Source: an uncultured Gammaproteobacteria bacterium
GTDB lineage: Bacteria > Patescibacteriota > Microgenomatia > UBA8517
Length of the DNA stretch: 64,000 nucleotides
NCBI GenBank assembly: GCA_964429215.1
Contig: CAYSAY010000001.1
Coordinates: 182,127-246,126 of the forward strand
Direction of reading: 5' to 3'
Below are positions 17,614-28,078 of this stretch, piece after piece. A model generated the notes under the pieces. It saw nothing but the letters and a program-made list of their open reading frames with translations, made no database searches and had not been told where the DNA came from. Position numbers and translations under genes: made by a program. How positions within the stretch are numbered: the stretch's first letter is position 1; each line of letters opens with the position of its first letter.

Positions 17614-18559
17614 CTTCTTTAAACCACTTACCTTCTTTGTAGCCAGTTGAATTCCAAAAAAAGTCCGCGGGACTTACTTTTTTATAAAGCCAATCTGGAG
17701 CTCTATGATAACAAAGTTTACCAAATTGATACCCTAACCAGCCCATTGCAAGTTGTAGGAAAGCTGTTGGAAACATTAACGGTTCGTTTTTTAAAACATG
17801 AGTTAAAAGTGCAATTGCATATGAAGTTCCTCTCTTTTGGTCGCCTCCTCCGCCTAAATCTAAAATTCTATCCCACTGTTTTCTATACATTCCTGTATCA
17901 AAATGTCTGACAAATTCTTTTTGTGGTGTGTAGTTATGTGAATGATTAACTATTGATTCTGATACATATGCAATCTTGTGACCTTTGCGTAGAATCATTG
18001 CTGCAGCAACAGCATCTTCGCCTGATAATATCCATCTAAAGCCTCCAATTTCGTCCAGTGCTTTGTTTGACCATGCTGTACATGCGTCAGAGCAAAAACC
18101 AGTGTATCTTCCATATTTCGGAGCATCTTTGATGCTTCTGATATTACTTTTATCTGGAAAATTAAATTCTCTACCAAATCTTGCAATAATATTAGCGCCG
18201 TCGTGAGCAACTTGTTTTGCATAGGAAATTTTTGCTTTGCCTTCAACAATTGGTTGAATTAATTTTTCAAGCATATCTGGTTTTGCATATGCATCGGGTG
18301 TCATCATGACTACAATGTCGGTACCTAAAGTTTTTCTTGAAATTTCTCTTGCATAACCATGGTTCATTTCAATACGAGGAATTACTAATGTTTCTACACC
18401 TAATTTTTTAGCCAATTCTACACAACCATCGTTTGAAGTTGAGTTAAATACAAGTATTTTTGCTTTTATCGTTGATTTTACAATTAGAGGTAAACTAATT
18501 TTTAATTTTTCAATATCTTTGTATGTAATTATGGCAACCCCGACAGTCAACTTTTTCAT
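17606..18559 (-). CDS. Glycosyltransferase family 2
   Basis: N-terminal LTVGVAIITYKD GT-A signature and DGC/DD motifs. Confidence 0.65.
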   Translation of the reverse strand: MKKLTVGVAIITYKDIEKLKISLPLIVKSTIKAKILVFNSTSNDGCVELAKKLGVETLVIPRIEMNHGYAREISRKTLGTDIVVMMTPDAYAKPDMLEKLIQPIVEGKAKISYAKQVAHDGANIIARFGREFNFPDKSNIRSIKDAPKYGRYTGFCSDACTAWSNKALDEIGGFRWILSGEDAVAAAMILRKGHKIAYVSESIVNHSHNYTPQKEFVRHFDTGMYRKQWDRILDLGGGGDQKRGTSYAIALLTHVLKNEPLMFPTAFLQLAMGWLGYQFGKLCYHRAPDWLYKKVSPADFFWNSTGYKEGKWFKEAK

Positions 18560-18610
18560 TGTAAATTTATTATACACGACTTTTAAAAAATGTAATTGAG
18601 GCTAAACGTG

Positions 18611-18619
18611 TGATATAAT
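18611..18619 (+). promoter_or_regulatory. Extended -10 promoter element TGaTATAAT upstream of the 18634 gene
   Basis: Perfect TGnTATAAT 14 nt before the ATG, implying a very short leader. Confidence 0.4.
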
Positions 18620-18633
18620 ACGTTCTAAACATT

Positions 18634-19269
18634 ATGCTGGAAATAAGAAAACAATCTACTTTAGAAGAAAGAATAAATAACGCAATGCACGAAATTGTAG
18701 TAGATGGTAAATATCCTCGTGCTGTTAGATCGCAGAGGTTGATTGAGCTAGGTATTTCAACAAATGATGAACAAGCTGAATTTTGTAAGAAATTGATAAG
18801 TGATTCAGAAAATAAATATGGAAGAGTTTTGATTGTTTATCGTAATCAAAATGAAAAATCTAGTTCTGTTCGTTGGTTTGCTAGGGGTAAGGACAATGAA
18901 TTAGGTGAAACATTTGTTGCTCCGCATATTGAACCAAAAGAAAGTGTAATCGAGGTTTTTGAATTGGTAAAAGGAAAAGCAGTTTTAGCTATTTATGAAA
19001 ATGATGACAAAGATTCTCCAATTAAATTTATTGATTTAGTTCCGGGTTGTCCTCAAATAATATTGCCTGGGCAAATCCATACAGTATTGTGTGAATCTGA
19101 TTTTGTAGAAGTGGTAGAGTTTAAAGTTGTAAGTGATGCTAAAATAAATCCTGATTTTGCACTTCGATTAGGTTTAGTAGATGAAAAACATGTTGAACAA
19201 AGTGGTCCACAGATTGATGAATATCTTAAAACAATGCACCTTAACGCTGATATTGCACTTGCTAGATAA
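18634..19269 (+). CDS. Hypothetical protein
   Basis: ORF with native codon usage; family unknown. Confidence 0.4.
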   Translation: MLEIRKQSTLEERINNAMHEIVVDGKYPRAVRSQRLIELGISTNDEQAEFCKKLISDSENKYGRVLIVYRNQNEKSSSVRWFARGKDNELGETFVAPHIEPKESVIEVFELVKGKAVLAIYENDDKDSPIKFIDLVPGCPQIILPGQIHTVLCESDFVEVVEFKVVSDAKINPDFALRLGLVDEKHVEQSGPQIDEYLKTMHLNADIALAR

Positions 19270-19416
19270 TAATCTTTTTAATTATATTTATGCTTCAGGG
19301 ATATAATTCGTGATGAACCTTTAGTTCTTGGGATTACTATTTTTTTATTAGTGATTATATTAACATCAATTCTCAATTTTTTAATCAGTGTGTTATATAG
19401 ATGTTATAATAAATTA

Positions 19417-19833
19417 ATGAAACTTGATGCAATCCTTCAAACAAGAAGTAAAAAAGATGACATTTCTGTTTGTTTTATATCTCGTGATAATAAAATACTA
19501 ATTGGATTAAGAAATTATAAAGCTAATGAGTGGAAAGATGTTTCAGTTTGGACAGTTCCTGGTGGTCACTGTGAGGATGGTGAAACATTTGAAGAAACGC
19601 TGCGAAGAGAGGCCTTTGAAGAATGTGGAATATCTAATTTAACTATTACGGAATATATGGGTGTTGTTCCTGGAGCAAAAGAAGGAGATACTGTGTATGT
19701 TTTTAAAGCTGAAACTAATGAAGAGCCAAAACTCATGGAACCTGAAAATTTTAGTGAATGGAAGTGGTGTGCGATTTCAGATATTCCATCCAATTTTATA
19801 AATCCTGCTGCACTTAAACTAATAACGCATTAA
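19417..19833 (+). CDS. NUDIX hydrolase
   Basis: Nudix box GGHCEDGETFEETLRREAFEECGI. The ATG at 19417 is preferred over the 19351 start; the start remains uncertain. Confidence 0.7.
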   Translation: MKLDAILQTRSKKDDISVCFISRDNKILIGLRNYKANEWKDVSVWTVPGGHCEDGETFEETLRREAFEECGISNLTITEYMGVVPGAKEGDTVYVFKAETNEEPKLMEPENFSEWKWCAISDIPSNFINPAALKLITH

Positions 19834-19873
19834 CTTGTTGTTGTATTAATAATTTTAATGTATTATTGTCGTA

Positions 19874-20800
19874 ATGGATAAAATAGATTTGTCAGTAATC
19901 ATCGTTAGTTGGAATACCAAAGACATAACTGATAAGTGTTTGGCTTCAATGAAGAAGGCTGTTAAAAGAGCTGAAAAAATAGCTAACGTGGAAGTAATTG
20001 TAGTTGAAAATGATTCTGAAGATGGAACTCCAGAGATGATTGCTAAAAAGCATCCATGGGCAAAATTAATGCCTTCTGGATCTGATCTAGGATATTCAAA
20101 GGGAAATAACTGGGGTTTTAAAAGATCTAATCCAAAAGCAAAATATATATTACTTCTTAATAATGATGCATACGTAAATGAAGATACATTGGTTGATTCA
20201 ATTAACTATTTAGAAAAGCATCCAGAGTGTGATGTCATGGGCTGTAAATTAAAATATTTAGATGGTAGATTCCAACCAAGTGCAGGATATTTACCTAAGC
20301 CATTTTCTGTTTGGGGATGGCTATGGGGACTTGATAAATTACCAGTAATTAAGAGTTTGTTTAATCAGGTTCATCCTAAGGAAATAGAATATTATAAAAA
20401 GGATAGAGAATCTGGTTGGGTAATGGGTGCATTTTTATTTATGAAGCGTGACGTTTTTGTTAAAACAAAAGGATTTGACGAAAACTTTTTTATGTACATG
20501 GAAGAAGTTGAATGGTGCAAGAGAACATGGGACATGGGATATAAAATTTTTTATACTCCAAAGTTTTGGATAACTCATATTGATAAGGCTAGTGCATTTG
20601 GTGATCCTGCAGAACTTGCAAAGATATTTAGAAAAGAAATAGTTGGACTTGTCTATTATATGAGAAAACATTTTAATAGTAGTATGTGGTGGTTATTGCC
20701 AGTTGTTAAAGCTGGAATATTGGTCAGGTTGGCAGTTTTTACAGTATTAAGAAATGAAATGAGAATAAATGCTTACAAGAGAATTTTAACTGAAATATAA
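19874..20800 (+). CDS. Glycosyltransferase family 2
   Basis: LSVIIVSWNTKD...ENDSEDGT and downstream DxD-type motifs. Confidence 0.7.
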   Translation: MDKIDLSVIIVSWNTKDITDKCLASMKKAVKRAEKIANVEVIVVENDSEDGTPEMIAKKHPWAKLMPSGSDLGYSKGNNWGFKRSNPKAKYILLLNNDAYVNEDTLVDSINYLEKHPECDVMGCKLKYLDGRFQPSAGYLPKPFSVWGWLWGLDKLPVIKSLFNQVHPKEIEYYKKDRESGWVMGAFLFMKRDVFVKTKGFDENFFMYMEEVEWCKRTWDMGYKIFYTPKFWITHIDKASAFGDPAELAKIFRKEIVGLVYYMRKHFNSSMWWLLPVVKAGILVRLAVFTVLRNEMRINAYKRILTEI

Positions 20801-22593
20801 TGTTGAAATCCAACTCCGTTATGAAAAAAGTCGCTTTAGTCACAGTAAATTTTAATGGTACAAAAGATACGTTAGAACTCCTTGAAACTATTAAAAAGTT
20901 AAATAAAAAGGATATTGAGTTTAAAGCTGTAATTGTTGATAAAACTCCTAATAGTTGGATAGGGGACTCTATAAAAAATAAACCTGAATATTTAGATTTA
21001 GTTCAAGCGGGAGTTGATAAAGGCTTTACTGGTGGATATAACCGTGCAATGCAATATGCAGTTGCGTGGGGTGCAGAATATGTTTTGGTAATAAATAACG
21101 ATACATTAATTGGGGATATGGATTTAATTCCTAAATTAATGGCAGTTTTGGATGATAAGGAAGATGCTAAAGTTGTTTCTCCAAAAATTTATTTTGCCAA
21201 AGGCTATGAATTTCAAGATAGGTATAAAAAAGAGGAACTTGGTAAAGTAATTTGGTATGCTGGCGGTGAATTTGATTGGAACAATGTAAGAAGTATTCAT
21301 AATGGTATCGATGAGGTGGATGATGGCACAAAATATAAAGAAACAGTAAAAACAGGATTTGTAAGCGGTTGTTGTTTCATGGTTAAGAAGGATACCCTAG
21401 AAAAGTATGGTTATTTTGATGAGGATCTGTTTGCATATTTTGATGACAACGAATGGATGCAAAGGATTTTAAACGGTGGAGGCAAACTTTACTTTACTGG
21501 TCGTACTCATATATATCATAAAGTCTCTCAAACAATGGGAATAGGATCGCCTCAAACAGATTATTTATTAACAAGAAACAGGCTTTATTTTACATTCAAA
21601 TATGCGTCTTTTAGAACTAAGTTTGCAGTTGCTCGAGAAATGGTTAGACAACTTATTACTGGTCGTGAAGCTCAGAAAAAAGGAGTAGTTGATTTTCTAA
21701 AGGGGGTTACGGGGCCTTCACCTTATAAAAAACCAGCTGAAGAAGGATATTCATATCCAGTCAGATTATCTATTATAATTTCTAGCTATAAAACTTCACA
21801 ACTTACAGCAAATTTATTAAAAAGTATTTACAAAAAAGGTTCCGGTTTTGATCCTAAGTTTGATGAAGTTGTAATCGTAGATAATGCAACAGATGATGAT
21901 TTTTCTGTTGTTACCAAGAATTATCCACAGGCCCGTGTAGTTAGGTATGAGATTAATAGAGGATTTGTCGGTGGAAATAATAGAGCGTTTGATTATTCAA
22001 GAGGTGAGTTGGTATTGATGTTTAATACTGATATTGAAGTAAAAGATAACGCGTTAAAAACTTTAATAGACGCAAGTCGCAAATATAACAATGAGGCCGT
22101 ACTAACAGGGAAATTATTGTTCCCAGATGGTAAAGATCAGGACTGTTGTTTTAACCTGCCAACTATTACAGGTGCAATAAAAGAATACTTTTTAAAAATA
22201 AAAGGAAGTTATTTTATGTTTCTACCTAAGGGCAGTAAACACGTAAAAGTAGAAGGTGGGGTTATGGCAGATTTTCTTATTCCCTCAAAGATAATAAATA
22301 GAATTGGAACACTTAACAAAAATTTGTTTATGTATTTTGAAGATATTGATTTTTGTAGACGTTGTAAAGCGAACAATATTCCAATTTATTTTATTCCACA
22401 AGCTGAATTTTATCATCATCATGGGGCAACAGCTAAAAAGATTGGAAAACCTGCAATTAACAAGCAAATCATTGAAAGCGCGAAAATTTATCATGGTAAA
22501 TTCTACTATGCATTAATAACTGCTACACTTTGGTTAGTACAAAAAGTAAATCTTGTTACTGCCCCAATTTCGAAGTGGGAAAAAGAAAGTTAA
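20800..22593 (+). CDS. Two-domain glycosyltransferase (tandem GT2 modules)
   Basis: VALVTVNFNGTKDT in the N-terminal half and LSIIISSYKTSQL...VIVDNATDD in the C-terminal half. Confidence 0.65.
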   Translation: MLKSNSVMKKVALVTVNFNGTKDTLELLETIKKLNKKDIEFKAVIVDKTPNSWIGDSIKNKPEYLDLVQAGVDKGFTGGYNRAMQYAVAWGAEYVLVINNDTLIGDMDLIPKLMAVLDDKEDAKVVSPKIYFAKGYEFQDRYKKEELGKVIWYAGGEFDWNNVRSIHNGIDEVDDGTKYKETVKTGFVSGCCFMVKKDTLEKYGYFDEDLFAYFDDNEWMQRILNGGGKLYFTGRTHIYHKVSQTMGIGSPQTDYLLTRNRLYFTFKYASFRTKFAVAREMVRQLITGREAQKKGVVDFLKGVTGPSPYKKPAEEGYSYPVRLSIIISSYKTSQLTANLLKSIYKKGSGFDPKFDEVVIVDNATDDDFSVVTKNYPQARVVRYEINRGFVGGNNRAFDYSRGELVLMFNTDIEVKDNALKTLIDASRKYNNEAVLTGKLLFPDGKDQDCCFNLPTITGAIKEYFLKIKGSYFMFLPKGSKHVKVEGGVMADFLIPSKIINRIGTLNKNLFMYFEDIDFCRRCKANNIPIYFIPQAEFYHHHGATAKKIGKPAINKQIIESAKIYHGKFYYALITATLWLVQKVNLVTAPISKWEKES

Positions 22594-22594
22594 A

Positions 22595-23233
22595 CTATTT
22601 TTTCTTTCTCCATTTATCAATTTCAGCGTGGTTTCCGGTTAGGAGTACTTCTGGGACTTTGAGTCCATTGTAGTCAAGTGGTTTCGTATACTGTGGGTAT
22701 TCGCTAATCATTCCGCTGTGTGACTCTTCTGCAAGGGATTCTGGTTTAATAACATTTGGTATGAGACGTGTTACAGAGTCAGCTATTACCATTGCAGGAA
22801 TTTCTCCTCCTGTTAAAACATAGTCTCCGATTGAAACGATTTCATCAACAAAGTTTTCGTGAACTCTGTGGTCAATTCCTTCATATCTTCCACAAATTAA
22901 AACTAATCTTTCAAGTTTTGAATAATCGTACGCCTTAGTTTGGGTGAATTTTTCCCCCCCTGCATCTAATACAACAATTTTTGTGTTTTTAGTCTTTGGC
23001 TTAACATTTAGACTCTGTAGGGCAGAGTCAATCACATCTACTCTTAATATCATCCCAGCACCTCCACCATATGGCGTGTCGTCAACTGTTCTTCTTTCAT
23101 CTAACCCAAACTCTTTTAAATCTACAATGTTTAGTTCAAGGAAATTTTTATCTTGAGCACGCCACATTATGGACTCAGTCATAGGTCCTATAAACATTTT
23201 TGGGAAAAGTGTAATAATATCTATTTTTAGCAT
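22595..23233 (-). CDS. trmD: tRNA (guanine37-N1)-methyltransferase
   Basis: MLKIDIITLFPKMF...DDTPYGGGAGMIL is a canonical TrmD signature. Confidence 0.85.
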   Translation of the reverse strand: MLKIDIITLFPKMFIGPMTESIMWRAQDKNFLELNIVDLKEFGLDERRTVDDTPYGGGAGMILRVDVIDSALQSLNVKPKTKNTKIVVLDAGGEKFTQTKAYDYSKLERLVLICGRYEGIDHRVHENFVDEIVSIGDYVLTGGEIPAMVIADSVTRLIPNVIKPESLAEESHSGMISEYPQYTKPLDYNGLKVPEVLLTGNHAEIDKWRKKK

Positions 23234-23277
23234 TAGTATGTATATTTTAGCAGATTAAAGTGGTAAAGTTTATTTAT

Positions 23278-24396
23278 ATGCAAAAAATAGTAATTGTAAT
23301 GCCAGCTTGGAATGAAGGCGAGAATATTTCAAAAATGGTAAAAGTTCTTTTAGAGGAAGAGTTTCCAAAAATTGGGGCTGATATGAGTCTTTTGGTTGTA
23401 GATAATAATTCTAAGGACAATACGTTAGAAGTTGTAAAAGATGCTTCAAAGAAATTCAAAAATGTACATATTGTTCAACAGACTGGTAAAGGTCTTGGAT
23501 CTGCATATATAACTGGGTTTAAGTATGCAATGAAAGAACTTAATGCTGATGCTGTCATGGAAATGGATGCAGATTTTCAGCATCCACCTCGGTTTGTAAA
23601 GCCAATGGTTGATGCGTACATAAATGGTGCTGATTATTGTATTGGAAGTAGATATATTAAAGGTGGATCTGTTCCAAAAGAGTGGGCACTCTTTCGAAAG
23701 GCTGTTAGTTTTTTTGGAAATTTGTTTATAAGAATAGTTTTAATTAAACCTTCACTTCATGATTTAACGACAGGATTTCGGCTTACAAGAATAAAAGGAG
23801 TATTAGATCAGATAAATCTTGATAATTTAATGGAACCAGAAAGATTCGCCTATAAAGTTGATTTATTGTATCAATCAATTAAATTGTCTAAAAAAACTGT
23901 AGAGGTACCTTTAGAGTTTGCGTCACGTACTAAAGAAGTTTCTAAATTTAACCCAAAAGAAATGATCTCAACTTTTAAGGTGGCAATTATTTTGGGAATT
24001 AAAGACAAACAAAAAATAATTAAGTTTGGAATAGTTGGTGGAGCTGGATTTGTTGTTAATTTTATATTTTTAAGAGTATTTAGAAGTTTGGGATTTTCGG
24101 AGCTTTTAGTTTGGCTGTTTGCAACAGAGCTTGCAATTATTAATAACTATATTTTTAATAATATATGGACATTTAAAGATAGTGAAATAAAAGGATTAAA
24201 GGCAATTGTTTTAAAGTTTTTACAATTTAATTTAACTTCTGCAGGAGCACTTGTAATTCAATCTATAGCTGGCCCAATTGGAACAAGACTTTTAGGAGAG
24301 AAATATGATTTTATTGTGTTGGCTTTGGTTGTAGCGTTTCTTGTCCTTCCGTACAACTACTTGATGTACACAAAGGTGATTTGGAAGAAGAAATAG
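23278..24396 (+). CDS. Polyprenol-phosphate sugar synthase (DPM1/GtrB-like GT2) fused to a C-terminal GtrA-like domain
   Basis: IVIVMPAWNEGENI...LLVVDNNSKDNT GT2 core. C-terminal FGIVGGAGFVVNF...NNYIFNNIWTF matches the GtrA family. Confidence 0.7.
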   Translation: MQKIVIVMPAWNEGENISKMVKVLLEEEFPKIGADMSLLVVDNNSKDNTLEVVKDASKKFKNVHIVQQTGKGLGSAYITGFKYAMKELNADAVMEMDADFQHPPRFVKPMVDAYINGADYCIGSRYIKGGSVPKEWALFRKAVSFFGNLFIRIVLIKPSLHDLTTGFRLTRIKGVLDQINLDNLMEPERFAYKVDLLYQSIKLSKKTVEVPLEFASRTKEVSKFNPKEMISTFKVAIILGIKDKQKIIKFGIVGGAGFVVNFIFLRVFRSLGFSELLVWLFATELAIINNYIFNNIWTFKDSEIKGLKAIVLKFLQFNLTSAGALVIQSIAGPIGTRLLGEKYDFIVLALVVAFLVLPYNYLMYTKVIWKKK

Positions 24397-24397
24397 A

Positions 24398-24628
24398 TTA
24401 TATTTTTATGTCATCTAGAGATTCGTATTTGTCAGGATGCGCTTCATAAATCATTATTTTTAAACGGGTACCGAATAAGCCTTGTCTAGCCTTTTCTGCA
24501 CTTTGACTCTTTGCCTTGTCCATGCTTCCTGCTTTTAATACTGGGTTTTCAGCTTTTCCTAAATGTAGCCATTGGCTGCGGTTTCTCCAGATGCCGCTAA
24601 TTCCAGTTGTAATGATACGATCAGTCAT
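24398..24628 (-). CDS. Small hypothetical protein (76 aa)
   Basis: ORF only; no family recognised. Comparison with the L19, S16 and S21 ribosomal proteins found no match. Confidence 0.25.
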   Translation of the reverse strand: MTDRIITTGISGIWRNRSQWLHLGKAENPVLKAGSMDKAKSQSAEKARQGLFGTRLKIMIYEAHPDKYESLDDIKI

Positions 24629-24707
24629 TGCATATTATTAGTCTTAGTTTTGTTGTTTTGCCCACGTTTACTAATTATCTAATTACCTATTTAGCTAATT
24701 AACTAGT

Positions 24708-25838
24708 TCAGAGGAATGGTTCCCAGTTTGCAATTGGCATTGCGTTTTGGGAGATGAAGGCAAGTGAATAAAGATAAATTGGGATAATAATTACAGCAAG
24801 CGCAATTTTAAATTCCTTCTTAACTAATGTATCTTTAAATCCTAGTAATAAAAATGGAACTAAAGGTAGAGAATATCTCATTAAATCTCGGTGTGCCACG
24901 AACAACAGTGGAATAAAAAAAGTTAAAGCGAAGTAGAAATAAAGTGATAGTTTTTCTTGGTAAAGTTTATATACACCAAGTACTCCAATCAAATATATAA
25001 ATATAACTTCTTCTAGCCAAAATGTACCAACCCAAGGTGCAGAGTAATTAAATATTTGAAATGGGGGGAAGAACAGATGCATATTGTCCCCAGATTTAAA
25101 ATATACCAAAAAATCACCATATGTAAGTTTGTAAAAGGTAAATACTAATAAAACTGCAAATGGAATTAATAATAAAGGCAAGTATTTTTTAAATTCAATC
25201 TTTAATAAGTTTTTAAGATTTGGTGTTAAGATTTGTAATATATACGCTCCAAATAAAAGGATTGCAGGCGATTTTGTCATTTGAGCTAAGGCACCCCAGA
25301 GACCTGCATATAAATATTTTTTCTTTCCGAAGTAATACGTTGATGCTAATATGGCTGCTATAAAGAAAGGTTCTGGAGAACCAACAGATCTTACTATTAG
25401 CCACCTTGCGGGGAATACTGCAAAAATTGTTGTAAGCCACAACGAATCGGTTTCGTTTAAATATAGTCTTGCGTGCTTGTTAAAAAATAATAATGCTAAA
25501 AATGAACTAGCGACAGTTACAAATAACATTGCATATGGGTGACCAAATACTGGAGCAAATGATTTTATTAACATAGGAAATAGAGGGAAATGTGCTGAAT
25601 AATATTCATTTGTTAAGGGGAATTGATAATTTTTCCCAATTAATTCTGGGTTATACATAGTTTTCCCGGCTACGATATAAAGAGGACCGTCAAAATTTGC
25701 TACAATTGTGGCCATACCTTGTAGAGGTAGTGGAATCGTCCAAAATTGATTCATTCTTGCAAAAAAAGGTGTCCATATAAGTAAAGTGGGAATAAGGGTT
25801 AGAAGCAAAATAGGTAAAAGACTTTTTAGTGTTCTCAT
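24708..25838 (-). CDS. Polytopic membrane protein (putative GT-C-type glycosyltransferase)
   Basis: About 10 TM helices and an aromatic-rich composition; no specific family assigned. Confidence 0.5.
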   Translation of the reverse strand: MRTLKSLLPILLLTLIPTLLIWTPFFARMNQFWTIPLPLQGMATIVANFDGPLYIVAGKTMYNPELIGKNYQFPLTNEYYSAHFPLFPMLIKSFAPVFGHPYAMLFVTVASSFLALLFFNKHARLYLNETDSLWLTTIFAVFPARWLIVRSVGSPEPFFIAAILASTYYFGKKKYLYAGLWGALAQMTKSPAILLFGAYILQILTPNLKNLLKIEFKKYLPLLLIPFAVLLVFTFYKLTYGDFLVYFKSGDNMHLFFPPFQIFNYSAPWVGTFWLEEVIFIYLIGVLGVYKLYQEKLSLYFYFALTFFIPLLFVAHRDLMRYSLPLVPFLLLGFKDTLVKKEFKIALAVIIIPIYLYSLAFISQNAMPIANWEPFL

Positions 25839-25886
25839 AGTATTGATAATACCATATTGAGGCTACAATATGTTAGACTTATTCGT

Positions 25887-26600
25887 ATGCAGTCAATCTC
25901 TGTTTTTTTCCCTACTTATAATGAAGAAGGAAGTATTAAAGATACTGTTTTGAAAGCCGTAAATGTATTGGAGAGACAATTTAAACAATGGGAAATACTA
26001 ATTGTAAACGATGGTTCAACAGATAACACGAAAGAAATTGCGGAACAATTGATAAAGAATAAGCAAAGCTTGCTCTTAGGAAGAGTTAGAGTAATTAATC
26101 ATATTCAGAATAAAGGTTACGGAGCAAGTCTTCAGTCAGGATTTTATAATGCTAAGTATGATTGGATAGCATTTACTGATTCAGATGGTCAATTCGATTT
26201 TTCAGAAGTTAATAAGTTTGTTGATAAGCAAACAGAAACAAATGCTGATTTAATAATTGGGTATTATAAAAAGAGACAAGTTTCTAAATTTAAAATATTA
26301 ACGTCTAAAATGTGGGAGCTTTCTGTAATGATTCTGTTTGGATTGCATGTTAGGGATATTGATTGTGGTTTTAAACTAATTTCTAAAAAGGTAATAGAAA
26401 AAATCTCTAAACTTGAAAGTGAAAGGGGTGCGTTTATTTCAAGTGAGCTTTTGATTAAGTCAAAAAAATCCGGGTTTAAAATTGTAGAGATTGCTGTAAC
26501 GCATTATCCTAGGACAGAAGGCAAAGGAACAGGTAGAAACTTAAAAGTAATTGTTAAGAGCTTTGTTGATCTTTTTAGGTTGTGGAGAAAACTGAAATGA
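25887..26600 (+). CDS. Polyprenol-phosphate sugar synthase (DPM1/GtrB-like GT2)
   Basis: SISVFFPTYNEEGSIKDT...ILIVNDGSTDNT...FTDSDGQ. Confidence 0.7.
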   Translation: MQSISVFFPTYNEEGSIKDTVLKAVNVLERQFKQWEILIVNDGSTDNTKEIAEQLIKNKQSLLLGRVRVINHIQNKGYGASLQSGFYNAKYDWIAFTDSDGQFDFSEVNKFVDKQTETNADLIIGYYKKRQVSKFKILTSKMWELSVMILFGLHVRDIDCGFKLISKKVIEKISKLESERGAFISSELLIKSKKSGFKIVEIAVTHYPRTEGKGTGRNLKVIVKSFVDLFRLWRKLK

Positions 26601-28078
26601 GAAAATGGATTATTAAAAATTGGGTTTTAGTATTAATTTTATTAGTTGGAGCTTTTATGAGGCTATATAAAATTAATGAATACATGACTTTTTTAGGAGA
26701 TGAAGGAAGAGATGCAATTATAGTTCGTAATTTATTAGTTCATGCAGACCCAATTTTAATAGGCCCAGGAACATCAGTTGGAAGTATGTATCTAGGTCCT
26801 CTTTATTATTACTTTATGGCTCCATTTTTGTTACTTTCTAATTTTTCACCGATCGGTCCTGCTTTAGGAGTCGCATTTCTAGGAATAGCTACAATTTATT
26901 TGGTTTATGTTACAGGACGAGATTGGTTTAATGAGAAAGCAGGATTAATTGCATCACTTTTATTTGCCATATCACCAACAGTAATTGTATATTCAAGATC
27001 TTCATGGAATCCTAATATAATGCCTTTTTTTGCATTACTTGCTGTTTATTCAATCTGGAGAGTTTGGTCAAAGAAACAATACAAATGGCTACTTGTTACT
27101 GCGATTTCTTTTGCATTTGTAATTCAATCTCATTATTTAGGAGTACTTTTGGCTCCAATATTATTTATATATTGGCTTCTTTCGCGTACTCCTATACGCT
27201 ATACGATATTGTCTATTCTCTTGTTTTCTTTTCTAATGAGTCCAATTTTAGCTTTTGATATCAGACATGATTGGTTAAATTCAAAAGCTCTTTATAAATT
27301 TGTTACTGTCAGAGAAGAAACTGTTTCTATTAAGCCTTGGACTGCAATTCCAAAGACTTATCCAATCTATGAGCAAATTAATAATAGTTTATTGGTGGCA
27401 AAAAATGTAAATGTAGGTAGAGTGGTTTCATTTTTAATACTGATGTTGATTTTGTGGATAGTTGTTAAAAATAAAAAATCTGTAATTCAAAACAAAAACT
27501 TATTTATTTTGTTAGCGTGGTACATATCGGGTTTGATTGGTTTTGGCTTATATAAGCAAAATGTCTATGATCATTACTTTGGATTTTTATTTGCTGTGCC
27601 GTTTTTACTAGTAGGAGTTATTTTGTCTGAAAGACTATTAACTGGTAGAAAAACTTTAAATGTTATTGTTGCCGGAATAATAATTTATTTAGTTTTTATT
27701 AACATAAAAGCAAGTCCATTAAAACAGACTCCAAATAATCAGATGAGAAGGGCAGAAAATGTAGCAAATGAAATAATTAAAAGGTCAAATAATGAAAAGT
27801 TTAACTTGGCAGTTATTGCTGATAGGAATTATGAGGATGGGTATCAATATTTTTTGGAAAAAGAAAATGCAAAAATTGTTGAAATTGATGCTCAGATAAC
27901 TGAATCAGTAACAAATCAATTATTTGTTGTCTGTGAAAATGAAAAAACAAAGTGTAACCCAACAAATTCTCCTAAAGCAGAAGTTGCCAATTTTGGTTGG
28001 AGTAAGATTGAAGCAGAATGGGAACAAGATGGTGTTATAATCTATAAATTAATACATAATAAACCTGAAACAAAATGA
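26597..28078 (+). CDS. ArnT/PMT-like GT-C membrane glycosyltransferase
   Basis: TM1 followed by the loop motif FLGDEGRDAII...GPLYYY; multi-pass N-terminal domain plus a C-terminal soluble domain. ATGA overlap with the upstream GT2. Confidence 0.65.
   Translation: MRKWIIKNWVLVLILLVGAFMRLYKINEYMTFLGDEGRDAIIVRNLLVHADPILIGPGTSVGSMYLGPLYYYFMAPFLLLSNFSPIGPALGVAFLGIATIYLVYVTGRDWFNEKAGLIASLLFAISPTVIVYSRSSWNPNIMPFFALLAVYSIWRVWSKKQYKWLLVTAISFAFVIQSHYLGVLLAPILFIYWLLSRTPIRYTILSILLFSFLMSPILAFDIRHDWLNSKALYKFVTVREETVSIKPWTAIPKTYPIYEQINNSLLVAKNVNVGRVVSFLILMLILWIVVKNKKSVIQNKNLFILLAWYISGLIGFGLYKQNVYDHYFGFLFAVPFLLVGVILSERLLTGRKTLNVIVAGIIIYLVFINIKASPLKQTPNNQMRRAENVANEIIKRSNNEKFNLAVIADRNYEDGYQYFLEKENAKIVEIDAQITESVTNQLFVVCENEKTKCNPTNSPKAEVANFGWSKIEAEWEQDGVIIYKLIHNKPETK

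Noticed and set aside
24398-24628. Small minus-strand ORF considered as a ribosomal protein (L19, S16 or S21), because trmD is nearby
   Set aside because: Sequence does not match the conserved cores of those proteins, and it is not contiguous with trmD (a plus-strand GT2 gene intervenes).
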